DNA of 45,391 nucleotides, taken from the NCBI RefSeq assembly GCF_001194135.2, contig NC_069004.1:25727968-25773358 (forward strand), read 5' to 3'. The stretch is from Octopus bimaculoides (taxonomy: Eukaryota). The translations under genes and the position numbers were made by a program. This document shows, in pieces, positions 10,847 to 23,240 of the stretch. The notes under the pieces are model-generated. The model searched no databases. It was not told where the DNA came from and was given only the letters and a program-made list of their open reading frames with translations. Position 1 is the stretch's first letter. Each line of letters begins with the position of its first letter.

Positions 10847-11570
10847 TATGCATGTTTGCATACGTATACCTGTGTGTACCTTTGTCTCACCACCACTAAC
10901 CAACCGGTGTTATTTTCTTTACGTCTCCGTAATTTGGCGAAAGAGACCTAGTTCAAGTAGCAGGCTCAGAAAATAAGCACTGGGGTCTATTCGATTGACA
11001 AAATTCCCATAAGGTGGTGGCCCTGAATGGCTGAGGTCCAATAATTAAAACAATTAAAAGATAGCAGAAACCAATTAAGAAGCTATCAAAGAAAAAGAAA
11101 AGACATTTTGATTGTCTGAAGGGAAGTGGGTAGCTACGCGGTCATGTTTCGCCTCTACAAACGTCTTCAGCATAGCAAATGCTTTACTTTATATTCAGTA
11201 GATGCGACATTTAGACATATACAACTAGAACTTATTTGTAGCCAAAGTAATTTACATAAATGAAACGAAAATGAGCTAGAGATATAACTCGGATTAGCCT
11301 CCAGTATGAAATTACACTCCGAAGTTTTTTCGAGGACCAAATCTGCGGGGTAAATGGCAATAAGAGAAATCAGCGTGGGCCAATATGGAGAGAGTTATGC
11401 TGACAAACTCAATCGGGTTTGATATATAAAATGTACATACATACATACATACATACATACATACATACATACATACATACATACATACACATATGTGTAT
11501 ACATGTAGGGATGTATATAGAGACAAACAATTTGCCAGTCTTCACCCCTGATAAAGGAAGCCAGAATTAC

Positions 11571-11687
11571 GGTAATTTTTGTGTACATCCATCTACTGAT
11601 TGTATATCTTTGACTTTTTGCACACTCCAACTGGTAATTATTAACATTACAACTGTTAATCCCGCAATCCCAGAAACAGTTGTCGGC
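11571..11687 (-). CDS. Weak candidate exon (117 nt, two open frames)
   Basis: ttttag|G...CC|gtaatt. Frame A: PTTVSGIAGLTVVMLIITSWSVQKVKDIQSVDGCTQKL (TM-like). Frame B: ADNCFWDCGINSC... Could instead be a decayed CR1-like LINE fragment. Confidence 0.2.
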
Positions 11688-11883
11688 CTAAAATACCATG
11701 CATTCTCCTCTTAGTTTTCTGTATTTTTTGTGCTCCGTGTAAATTTATTTTGCAACATATATCCATCCAAGTTGTTGCCCCAGCATGGCCGCAGACAAAT
11801 TACTGAAACAAGTAAAAGAATGTATAAATGTCTGTATACTTATACATGAGTGTCCATCTTCTGAATATTTTCAGTTTCTCTCT

Positions 11884-11928
<45 letters not shown>

Positions 11929-11930
<2 letters not shown>

Positions 11931-12062
11931 GTATATTAACGTGTATAAGGAACCCTCCTATATAAGGAATCCCCTAATTTGAGGGGCTTAGAATTTTGAA
12001 AAAAGCTTTTGTAAGGGATGAATATATTATCCATGTACAAGAAACTCTCATATTTTTTAACC
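11929..12062 (+). mobile_element. Terminal fragment of a pogo/Tigger-type DNA transposon in (TA)n
   Basis: TA|CCGTATATTAACGTGTATAAG resembles pogo-type termini; partner TIR not found. Confidence 0.4.
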
Positions 12063-12257
12063 TATATATATGTATATGTATACACACACACACACACACA
12101 CATATGTGTGTGTATACTTATACATATATATATATATATACACTCATATACATATATACATACATAGATATATGTGTGTATGTATGTGTGTACGTACATT
12201 TTATATATTGATATATATCGTGTCTGTCTGCATCACTATATATATATATATATATAT

Positions 12258-12313
<56 letters not shown>

Positions 12314-12314
12314 C

Positions 12315-12592
12315 AGAACAAAATGGCCTGTTCTTGAAATTTACGTACAAGTGGCTGAGTACTCCACAGAAGCGCGTACCCTTAACATCATTCTCGGGTA
12401 GATTCAACGTGACACCGAATGTGACAAGGTTGACCTATTCAAATACAGATACAACACATTTTTGCCAGCTGAGTGGAACTGGAGCAACGTAATACAAAGT
12501 ATCTTGCCCAAGAACACAACGCATCACCGGGTATCGAACTTGCAAGCTTACGGTCTTGAGCCGAACACCCTAACCACTTAGCCACGCGCTTT
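12315..12592 (-). mobile_element. tRNA-derived CORE-type SINE family D
   Basis: Reverse complement has head gcgtggctaagtggttaggg, B box, CORE-like gttcttgggcaagatacttt and the tail shared with family C. Other copies at 36440-36622(-), 37682-38000(+), 33100-33290(+). Confidence 0.8.
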
Positions 12593-12962
12593 CACACACA
12601 AACACACAAGATAACTAAATCTCTAGAATGTTTGACATGTCTTTACAATTCTCTTAATGGCTTGCTTTATAATTTAAGTTTGTAAGAATGAATGCATAAA
12701 GGAATGAATATATATATATTCATATATACACTTAGGTTTGTTGATAGGAATGCAGGTAGGTGGGTGGCTAAGGTCGGTTGGTAGGTAGGTAGGTAGGTAG
12801 GTATACAAGAATAAAGGTTCGTAAATATGTAGTATGTATGAATGTATGTATGCATGTATGTATGTATGAGGGGTAATATGTACGGGTGTATGCGCACGTG
12901 GTTATGTATATACGTATATTTGTATGTCCATATATGTATATATGTATATGTTTATATGTATG

Positions 12963-13033
<71 letters not shown>

Positions 13034-13995
13034 GCACACACAAATAGATAACACATATATGTGTTTGTGTGCGCTTGTATTCGTGTATGTATTATGTTCG
13101 TGTGTATGTGTATACGCATATACATTCATACGTTATTGTGTCTGTGAGTATGTATATATACAAATATTTGTGCGTATGCGTGTATGTCTGTGTGTGTATT
13201 TACATACATATGTATATGTGTGTGCATGTTTTCGTGAGTGTAGATACACACACACGCGCGCGCGCGCGCACACATTTACATTCAGGTACAAAGACCGATA
13301 CGGAAAAGGAAAATAAATAAAAGCATTGTTCACTTCAGAGGCGTTTATGGGACAAAATAGAAGGGACCCCGTCTGAATAAGTATTTTCTTACACGATTAA
13401 GTCATGTGACCGGAAACAGATAAGCCACTGATTGTGGGATGTCTACGAGCCTTTTGGTTTCATATCTATTGTGGTTGTTTGAACTCTTATTCAAATGGAT
13501 AAATGTTGGAATTGTTTGGGTGTCTGCTATGACTGTTATAAAGGTAGGTAGGTAGGTAGGTAGGTAGGTAGGCAGGTAGGTAGGTAGGTAGGTAGGTAGG
13601 TAGGTAGGTAGGCAGGTAGGTAGGTAGGTAGGTAGGTAGGTAGGTAGGTAGGTAGGGATGAATGGATAGCTGGATGAATGAATGGATGGATGGATTCATC
13701 TGTATGAATGTATGTATGTGTGTGTGTGCGTATGTTGTCTGCATGCATGTTTGTGTATGTTTGTTCATGTATGCATGGGACGTGTGCGTGTGAATGCGTA
13801 TCCGCGTCTTTCTGTCTGAAAAAGTATGTATCTATCTGTATATGTGTGTGAGCGTGCGTGTGCGCGTGCGCGTGTGTGTGTGTATGTAGAGAGCAAAAGA
13901 GAAAGAAAGAGCGTGACTTAAACAGTGGAACTTTATCAAAGCGGAAAAAAATAAAGAAAATGAAAAGAAAATGAAAAACAGACAGACAGACAGAC

Positions 13996-14063
<68 letters not shown>

Positions 14064-14203
14064 GTTGATATATAAGTAGTGTTAGTCGAAGGAAAATGTA
14101 TTGAACAGGTATTCTCCTTCCGAGCCAAGGCTATTGCGTTGTGGTGTAGGGTTGGCCGGTTTTGTTCCATACCTATAAACGTTCACACGTAACCTGGCCT
14201 CAC

Positions 14204-14250
14204 CTCAACAGATTTAATATTACACACATATAGTCTACAGTGTCTCTCTT
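14204..14250 (-). CDS. Weak candidate exon (47 nt)
   Basis: tttctgctgtgacctgtcag|AAGAGAGAC...CTGTTGAG|gtgagg; two frames open (KRDTVDYMCVILNLL and ERHCRLYVCNIKSVE). Confidence 0.2.
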
Positions 14251-14402
14251 CTGACAGGTCACAGCAGAAACTATCAAATATGGTTATTAATCAGACATCC
14301 ATAACATTAACGTGCCATGATCTGGGTGCGGCCTACATATTTAGTCATTATCCGTGTTATCATTAATAAAAGCGTTTTAGGTTTTGGTAAATGAAAGCTT
14401 GT

Positions 14403-14715
14403 GGAGGCGCAATGGCCCAGTGGTTAGGGCATTGGACTCGCGGTCGGAGGATCGCGGTTTCGATTCCCAGATCGGGCGTTGTGTGTGTTTATTGAGCGAA
14501 AACACCTAAAGCTCCACGAGGCTCCGACAGGGGGTGGTGGTGACCCCTGTTGTACTCTTTCGCCCCAACTTTCTCTCACTCTTTCTTCCTGTTTCTTGAG
14601 TAAAGCTGCGATGGACTGGCGTCCCGTCCAGTTGCGGGGAACACATACGCCATAGAAACCGGGAGACCGGGCCCATGAACCTAGCTAGGCTTTGAAAGGG
14701 CGACGTTTGTCGTTT
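14403..14715 (+). mobile_element. tRNA-derived SINE (family C head, alternative 3' end) with 13-bp TSD
   Basis: A box TGGCCCAGTGG, B-box-like GGTTTCGATTCCC; TSD taaatgaaagctt at 14388-14400 and 14716-14728. Confidence 0.85.
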
Positions 14716-14999
14716 TAAATGAAAGCTTACAGGTTGATTGTTATATTTATTAACAGTGATTTTTGTACGGATAAATCAGTGAGCTGGCAGAATCGTTAGC
14801 ACGCCGTGCCAAAATGCTTAGCGACATTTCATCCGTCTTCATACATTTTGAGTTCAAATTCAATCGATGTCGACTTTGCCTTTGATCCTTCCGGTTCCGT
14901 AAAATAACTGCCAGTTGAGCAATGGGTTCAATGTAATCGACTTGGACCCTTGAAATTGCTGGTCTTATGTTAAAATTTTACATCAATATTTACAATTCA

Positions 15000-15258
15000 A
15001 AATGGCCACCCTTTGCTTTCATCATCGTCCTTAATTTTTTCTTAACTATTTTATCTCCTCGTAATTCTTTATACTTGTCATTTTCAATGCTGCAATTTGC
15101 CCGTTTTGTTTGAGCTGCCACATTTAATTAAGGATAAACAACACAAGAAACGTATGTTAGGAAGCAGTGTACAACATTCGCAACTAGTTTTTTTTTGTGA
15201 AAAGAAGGATTCAATTTACATTTGAGTGACGAGTAAATGTATATTCCGCACCCGGTAG
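15000..15258 (-). mobile_element. Possible Tc1/mariner-type terminal fragment or MITE
   Basis: Minus strand begins TACCGGGTGCGG, like Tc1/mariner TA-CAGGGTG termini; no ORF. Confidence 0.3.
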
Positions 15259-17454
15259 ACAGAAGACGAAAATATTTGGAGAAACATATAACATCTCGAC
15301 TAGTATGTGGTTAACAAGCTCTCTTTGGAACCACGTGGTTTGGGGTTCGGTCTCGTTGTACAAGACTTTGGGCAAGTGTCTCAATTATTGTCCGGGTCAT
15401 CCGATGCCTTCAAAATGAATTTGATAATTTTGTAGATGGAAACTGTATGAAAGCCCTTCGTATGCGTATGTATACACACACACACACACACAGATATTTT
15501 CGGTAAGAGAATGTTAATTCCGAAACTAGTACACGAATAACAATATTTTAATTTTATTTATGTAATTTTCACTGTCTTGCCCGCATACGGTTTGGTATTT
15601 CGCTGAATTTCTTTTGAGAACTATTAGGTCTTAGTAGACACAACATGTGATCTTCTTCTAGCACATTAAATGTCCACTTTGGTGGTCATCGTTATATATA
15701 AACANNNNNNNNNNNNNNNNNNNNNNNNNNNNNNNNNNNNNNNNNNNNNNNNNNNNNNNNNNNNNNNNNNNNNNNNNNNNNNNNNNNNNNNNNNNNNNNN
15801 NNNNNNNNNNNNNNNNNNNNNNNNNNNNNNNNNNNNNNNNNNNNNNNNNNNNNNNNNNNNNNNNNNNNNNNNNNNNNNNNNNNNNNNNNNNNNNNNNNNN
15901 NNNNNNNNNNNNNNNNNNNNNNNNNNNNNNNNNNNNNNNNNNNNNNNNNNNNNNNNNNNNNNNNNNNNNNNNNNNNNNNNNNNNNNNNNNNNNNNNNNNN
16001 NNNNNNNNNNNNNNNNNNNNNNNNNNNNNNNNNNNNNNNNNNNNNNNNNNNNNNNNNNNNNNNNNNNNNNNNNNNNNNNNNNNNNNNNNNNNNNNNNNNN
16101 NNNNNNNNNNNNNNNNNNNNNNNNNNNNNNNNNNNNNNNNNNNNNNNNNNNNNNNNNNNNNNNNNNNNNNNNNNNNNNNNNNNNNNNNNNNNNNNNNNNN
16201 NNNNNNNNNNNNNNNNNNNNNNNNNNNNNNNNNNNNNNNNNNNNNNNNNNNNNNNNNNNNNNNNNNNNNNNNNNNNNNNNNNNNNNNNNNNNNNNNNNNN
16301 NNNNNNNNNNNNNNNNNNNNNNNNNNNNNNNNNNNNNNNNNNNNNNNNNNNNNNNNNNNNATATATATATATATAGTGAGAGAGAGGTAGGGAGTAAAAT
16401 TAGATAAGCAAAGAAAAATTCAAACAGCACATCAACAATAAGCATAGATGAACAGTAAGTGTAGCTATGCAGCTGTGTTCACATTGTCCGTCACCATTGT
16501 ATGGGGGTACGGAAACCAGTTGACCAATCAAGAGATTGTAATAGGCCCAGACAGTCAAACTACATCCTATGCAATTCATGTTGTTTTGTGCAATGCAGTG
16601 TGGTCCTTATTTTGTAGTTGTCACGAAACATAACTGAGAAGATATGCTGTGGAGATATTCCATATTGCGCACCACGTATTTCAGCCGGCTACTAGCATAC
16701 CAGGTGACAGCTGGATCAGGGCTGACGTTGGACCACACAATGACATCCACAACAACAACAGCAACAACGACAGAAACAATAACAACATATTCTAGCCACT
16801 GTGGAAGCTGCTCCTTGACCACTCGAGGTTTTAGAAATAGCAGTCAACTCTCCCTTCAATTAAATACCGTTCTCTATATGTATATCAGGACATGACATTA
16901 GATAACATAAGTCTACATACCCCAAGCAAAAGACGAGTTGGTCTTGACAGGAATACTTTTGTTAGTCGGTGAACTGGATCATGTTTTAACCTGTGGTTAA
17001 ATAGTTCTAACAGCAATAACATCAAGTAGAAGCTTTCCTGTTACAAACAACGTCTGGTGTCCTCGATTGAGAGATAACACTATATCAGGACAGTCAAATA
17101 CGTGCTACGAGTGAAGCTTCTTCTCAAGAGATATCGATTCATGCACTGACTGTTATATCTTAGTAGGGCCAACACGAAACAAGAAAGGAAAGAAGTGTAG
17201 TAGTAAGATAAAGTTATATAATGATCTTTTTGAGAATGAATGAGAATGAGTTAATATTTAAATCGATGACTTCATAGAAGAGGGGAGGTTTGAGTAGGTT
17301 TTCTTATTTAAAAAAAAAAAGAGATTTTACGATTTGCTATTTAGCTTCCGAAAAATTAGGTGAAAGTTATTTAAACGAACAGTACAGCCTTGTTTTAATA
17401 TGTACACATGCGTGAGTGAGTGAGTGAGTGAGTGAGTGAGAGAGTGAGTGAGTG

Positions 17455-17509
<55 letters not shown>

Positions 17510-17725
17510 NNNNNNNNNNTCCGCCTTTACGTTCCGAGTTCAATTCCGCCGAGGTCAGCTTTGCGTTTCGTCCTTTTTCAGGGTCGATAAAATAAGTACC
17601 AATTGAGCTCTGGAGTCGACGTCTTCGACTTAACCCCTCCTCCGAAAATTGCTGGCCTTGAGCCAAAATTTGAAACTAATATATACGCGCGTGTGTATGT
17701 GTGTGTATGTGTGTGTGTGTGTGCA

Positions 17726-17757
<32 letters not shown>

Positions 17758-17894
17758 TGCGCGCGCGCGTGTGTAAGTACACATAGGACGAAAGCAAGCA
17801 GGTCGAAATTTCGAAGTTACAGTCAACTTTCTTGTAAAAGTTTAAGAAACATGTGCTCTTCTAAAAAATATCGGATAATTTTTTCAATACCGAA

Positions 17895-18264
17895 CACTCG
17901 GTTCCGGGTCCATTCCCACTGCGTGGCACCTTGGGCAAGTGTCTTCTACTATAGCCTCGGGCCGACCAATGCCTTGTGAGTGGATTTGGTAGACGGAAAC
18001 TAAAGGAAGTCCGTCGTATGTATGTATTTATATATATGTATGTGTGTATATATGTTTGTGTGTCTGTGTTTGTTCCCCCACCATTGCTTGACAACCGATG
18101 CTGGTGTGTTTACGTCCCTGTAACTTAGCGGTTCGGCAAAAAAGACCGATAGAATAAGTACTACGCTTACAAAGAATAAGTCCTGGGGTCGGTTTGCTCG
18201 ACGAAAGTCGGTGCTCCAGCATGGCCGCAGTCAAATGACTGAAACAAGTAAAAGAGTAAAGAGT
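17895..18264 (+). mobile_element. SINE family A, near full length (CORE-like body, internal microsatellite, conserved tail)
   Basis: ccttgggcaagtgtcttctactatag (CORE-like), internal (TG/TA)n, tail cagcatggccgcagtcaaatgactgaaacaagtaaaagag. Other copies: 10880-11070, 15303-15470, 18555-18910(-), 19478-19790, 21335-21655(-), 24490-24715, 27555-27925(-), 29545-30200(-), 31922-32060(-), 38060-38340(-), 38385-38557, 44810-45025. Confidence 0.85.
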
Positions 18265-19155
18265 ATAGTTAAATCTGTTGGGGAAAAATAACTAGAGTTA
18301 CTCTCACAGAAGTTAGGAAAAGCTTTTTCGTTTTAGAAGCAACAGCAAATCTGAAAACTATAGACCGGATGAATAAGTTGGGGGGTTTTCGCTCCAGAAA
18401 CTGGGATGTAATGTTCAGGTTGTCCACAAGGTCTGGGTGCATGGAGTAAATAAAATCATAACATAAACAATTAAATTAAGAAATAATAATTTCTTAAAAT
18501 ATGTGTCAATCCCCATGTACCCAGACTTTGTGAACATCCATCCTGTAGAAACATTTTACTTGTTTCAGTCAGTGTTATGGCCATACTGGGGCACCGCCTT
18601 AAAGGGTTTGGTCGAACAAATCATCCTCCCACCCGGTACTTATTCTTTAAGTCTGGTACTTATTCTATCAGTAACTTTTGTTGAGTTGCTAAGTTATAGG
18701 TCCATAAATAAACAAACGCCAGTTGTCAGGTGATCGCAGAAGGGATAACCATAAACATAAACACACACACATGTGTGAGTGTGTGTGCGTGTGTGTGTGC
18801 ATGTGTGTGTGTATTTTTGTGTGTGCTTGTGTAAAGGGCTTCCACACAGTTTCCATCAGTCAAACTTACTCACAAGACATTAGCTGGGCCGGGGCTATAA
18901 TGAAACACTTTTTTTTTTCTTTCAAAGCGCAGCTCAGTGTAATTTAAGAAATGAAGAGAAATAGATTTACGGAAATGAAACAAATTTATCATTGTATGTA
19001 TTTAAATGTATGGAAATGTTTTGGGCATAGATTAAACGAGATTTGCATTTAAAGATAAAGATATGAGCAGGTATGTGTACGTATTTAGATATGTATATAT
19101 GTGCATATATACGTAGTATATGTGTGCTTGCATATATGCATGTACGTGAGAAAAT

Positions 19156-19223
<68 letters not shown>

Positions 19224-20333
19224 TGTGTGTGTGTACGTAAATATATATATATATGTGTCGATAACGATAAGGCTTAATACAAGTACAACAGTGAAAAGGT
19301 AGGGGAAAGACTTCAGGCACCAGGAAGTCAGTGTCTCTGGTCTTTGTATATAAAGATATCTGTCTTATTTCCTTTATTTTATGGGAACAATGAGAACAAT
19401 TGTTAAATCACAGAAATAGTAGCGAAAATATAGAAGTATATTAGAAAACAATGGGGCAGCGAAACTTAATAACTTAATGGCTGCGTGGTAAGAAGCTTTC
19501 TTCCCAAGAACAGGGTTCCGGGTTTAGTTCCACTGCGTGGCACCATGAGCAAGGTTCTTCTACTATAGCCACGGAACGACTAAAGCCTTGTGAGTGGATT
19601 TGGTAGACGAGTGAGTGGATTTGGTAGACGAGTGAGTGGATTTGGTAGACGAGTGAGTGGATTTGGTAGACGAAACTAAAAGATGTGCGTGTGTGTATGT
19701 GTGTGTGTCATTGTGTTTGTGTTTGCGCCCCCACCATCGCTTGACAACCGATGTTGGTATATTTACGTGACCGTAACTTAGTGGTCAGCAATACGTAAAA
19801 ATCAATTCAAATATGAATGTTTATTACACAAGCGTTGCTTCTGTTTAATATCTGAATTTATTCTTACGTATGCATTGTCCGGGCAAACCAGCACATAGTT
19901 TTCACACTATATGCATATGGATCGTGGACTGTCGGTATGGTTCACCTCCGATTCGATTAGAGTACGTGATGTTGATAAGCCATCAAAATGACGAAGCATC
20001 GACGCCATTGGATGGGATTTGAGGAGAGTTATCTCGCCTGTCCATGACTTTTAAGTGCTTCAACAACCGACATTTTGGGAGAGCAATCTCCACCACGCCA
20101 GTTTGTCAGAACAAAGCTGTGGTTAATTGTATAATAAAACTTGGATGTGAGTGTATATATATATATATATATATATATTTGTTTTTCTGATATTTATTAA
20201 TTTATTATTTCTACTCTACCGACACTACTCAGTCTTTATAAGGGACATATGGATTTACTAAAATGAGGATCAGCCGAGTATAGTAAATCTAACTGGAGTT
20301 TATCTACATTCACTGAGGTTAGCCAGGTAAAGC

Positions 20334-20454
20334 GAATACAACCTTGAAAATGTGACAGCATAGTTGAATGACAATGGAGTAGCCAAACTTCATATTATAT
20401 AATAAAAAAAAGTGATATTAATATATAGATTAATATAAAATACGCTACTATCCT

Positions 20455-20500
<46 letters not shown>

Positions 20501-20615
20501 AGGATAGTAGCGTATTTTTTATTAATCTTTATATTAATATCACATTTTTTAATATATGAAGTTTGGCTACTCTATTGTCATTCAACTTTGCTGTCACATT
20601 TTCAAGGCTATATTC
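20334..20615. repeat. Long palindrome: about 110-bp arms around (AT)21
   Basis: Left arm 20342-20456 and right arm 20499-20607 are reverse complements with about four substitutions and one short indel region; centre 20457-20498. Confidence 0.9.
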
Positions 20616-20653
20616 ATGAGTTATATATTGTTCCCACGATGTCATTGAGTCAG

Positions 20654-20734
<81 letters not shown>

Positions 20735-21921
20735 TTCGCGCAAACACACTACATAACCATCATCATCATCATCATCATCATCGTCATGTATTCAACAAAT
20801 TCGTGCAAAGCTCTACTGCACCAGGATGTGCATCTCCGTGTTTCTGAGCTGCTTGCTCCATTGTCCTTTTGAAATGTAGAATTGTGATTTTGTTTGTTGC
20901 ATTATTTCTGCTCTTGATTTAGTATTTGTTGACCAGACTGTTGAGTCGAATATTCTACAATCTGAATTTGTTATATCTTATTGTAATAGTTATAACCATT
21001 AGTAATTTCTTTGGGATGATAAGCTAACAGAATTGTTAACGAGTCGGATAAAATATTTAGCAGCATTTCTTCCGACTCTTCACGTCCTGTGTCCAAATCC
21101 CTCCAAAGTAAACATTACCTTTCGTCCGTCCAACGTCGATAAAATAAATACCAGTCAAATATTGGGGTCGATGGTATTTACTAATACCCTCCCCACAAAT
21201 TTTAGGCCTTGGGTCTGTATTAGAAAGAACTGGTTTATTTCTGGGGGTTTTTATTATTATTATTATTAAGAATAATAAGTTGATCTCAACTGTCCAGGAA
21301 GACCAACGAAAGCTACCATTATATCTTTTATACTTTACTTATTTCAGTCAATGGACCACGGCCATACTGGGGCAACGCCTTGACTGGTTTTAGTTAAACT
21401 GGCCTCAGTACTTTTTTAAGAACAGTAACCAACAACGCTTGTCAAGCGGTGAAACAGACGGACACAACTACAAAGACACGCACATATAATCCTATAAGAC
21501 GGGACTCTTTCAGATTCCCTTTACCAAATTCACTCACAATTCTATGGCCGGCCCTGGCTATAATAGAAGACACTTGCCCAAAGTGATGCAAGATTCAACC
21601 TGAAACCAAGTGATTACGAAGCAAACTTCCTGCCATACAGCCATACCTGCAAGCTATCGAAGTAATGTATATTCTTTTAATGTCTGAAAATCTACACAAA
21701 ACTATTTGATGAATGCCTAACTTTCTCAGGAGACAAAAATAAAATAAAAAAGGGACGGAAATATTTAAATACGACAATGAGAAATGAAAGATAAGAGTGA
21801 AAGAGAAAGATAAGGAATGACGAAGGTGTTCGTTGTGAGCGATAAGAGAAACAAATGAGAAAATAGGACGAGCAACAGGGTGTGGCGCAATTACTGAAGT
21901 GTTGGCGAATAACATATAAGA

Positions 21922-21969
<48 letters not shown>

Positions 21970-21970
21970 T

Positions 21971-22520
21971 TCATTTATTTACCACCAGGGTGAAGGGTGA
22001 GGGGGACAATACAAAGACAAACAAAGTGTGAGGATTTGCATATAATGAAATTATAGAAAAAAGGGAGAGGTAAGTATACACAATATACAATGGACAGGAA
22101 GGGACATATACATAGAATACAAATAGGATGGGGGGGGGAAGGATGATAGAGATGTAGACCTCCTGATACAGGATGACCTCTAGGAATAATCAAAGGAACC
22201 CCCACTGTCGAAGATTTCTCTGAATATTAAGAGCAAGAGCCTTTTCCTATTCCTTCTCTCCGACTCCCAGGTCTACTCTTAGAGAGATACCATCCACTCT
22301 TGCCATTTTCGTAACTTTCACCCACTTTTCAGTAAACTTACTCGAGGGCAACACTTCCCTCTCCACTCTCAATTTCCTTTTCAAGTGAAACTTGAAACTT
22401 GAAACTCCGAAAGAGCAATGTTTCTGTTCTCATACCTGTCGGCCTTATCCACCAAACAGCCTCTTTTGCCACAGCCACCGGGCAAAGGAAAACTACCTTG
22501 CCAGCCCGATTGAAGGAGGA
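21971..22520 (-). mobile_element. L1/Tx1-clade LINE 3' end (ORF2 C-terminus and 3' UTR) ending at (TAA)n
   Basis: Minus translation: PSFNRAGKVVFLCPVAVAKEAVWWIR..FKFHLKRKLRVEREVLPSSKFTEKWVKVTKMARVDG, then UTR and aataaa before the (TTA)n run. Confidence 0.6.
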
Positions 22521-22689
22521 ATGATTTCTTTATTAACCACAAGGGGTTTACATTTAGGAAAACATTTTTGACAGTAAAGGACAAAACAAAGAATGCGTAT
22601 GTGTATATGTGTGTGAGTGTGTGTTGTGAGGGTTTTGCGTGTAAACAAGATTAACATAATTGGAAAATAATTAAATAATTATAATGATC

Positions 22690-22738
<49 letters not shown>

Positions 22739-23206
22739 TGATGATTTCTTTATTAACCAGAAGGGTTTGCATTAAGGAAAACATTATGGACAGTACGTGT
22801 ATATGTGCGCGAGTGTGTGTTGTCATGGGGATTTTGCGTGTAAACAAGGTTAACAAAATTTAAAAAAAGAAAGAAAGAAAGAAAGAACAATGTATAATCC
22901 TCAATAGGGAGATGTTCGAGAGCTGCACATGGAAAAATTTCATAAAAACCATGGGTACCCTGACTTTTGGGGCAGGTGCCTTCTTTTGTCTTCCGGGTTT
23001 TTTTTTTTTTTTTTTTTTTGTATATTAACTAAGTCGTCGACTTCGGTGGAATTTGAATCCATAACATAAAATCGGACGAAATACTGCTAAGCATTTCGAA
23101 CGGCGTGCTAACGATTCTGCCAGCTCAATAATGGTGAATATAGTAATAATGGGAAAGGAAAGCCTATAACAACAGCAACAACAAGGAGCAATAATGATTT
23201 AAAAAG

Positions 23207-23240
<34 letters not shown>

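Noticed and set aside
16448-16830. Possible exon or EGF-like motif (NGDGQCEHSC) on minus; possible decayed RTE 3' end on plus
   Set aside because: The frame has a stop, acceptors are weak, and neither interpretation could be supported beyond vague similarity.
19590-19673. CRISPR-like regular repeats
   Set aside because: Head-to-tail units without spacers, inside a eukaryotic SINE; no cas genes.
19860-20120. Possible exon (FVLTNWRGGDCSPKMSVVEALKSHGQ) or decayed Tc1 C-terminus on minus
   Set aside because: Needs a GC donor and no homology was recognised; all three frames have stops across the segment.
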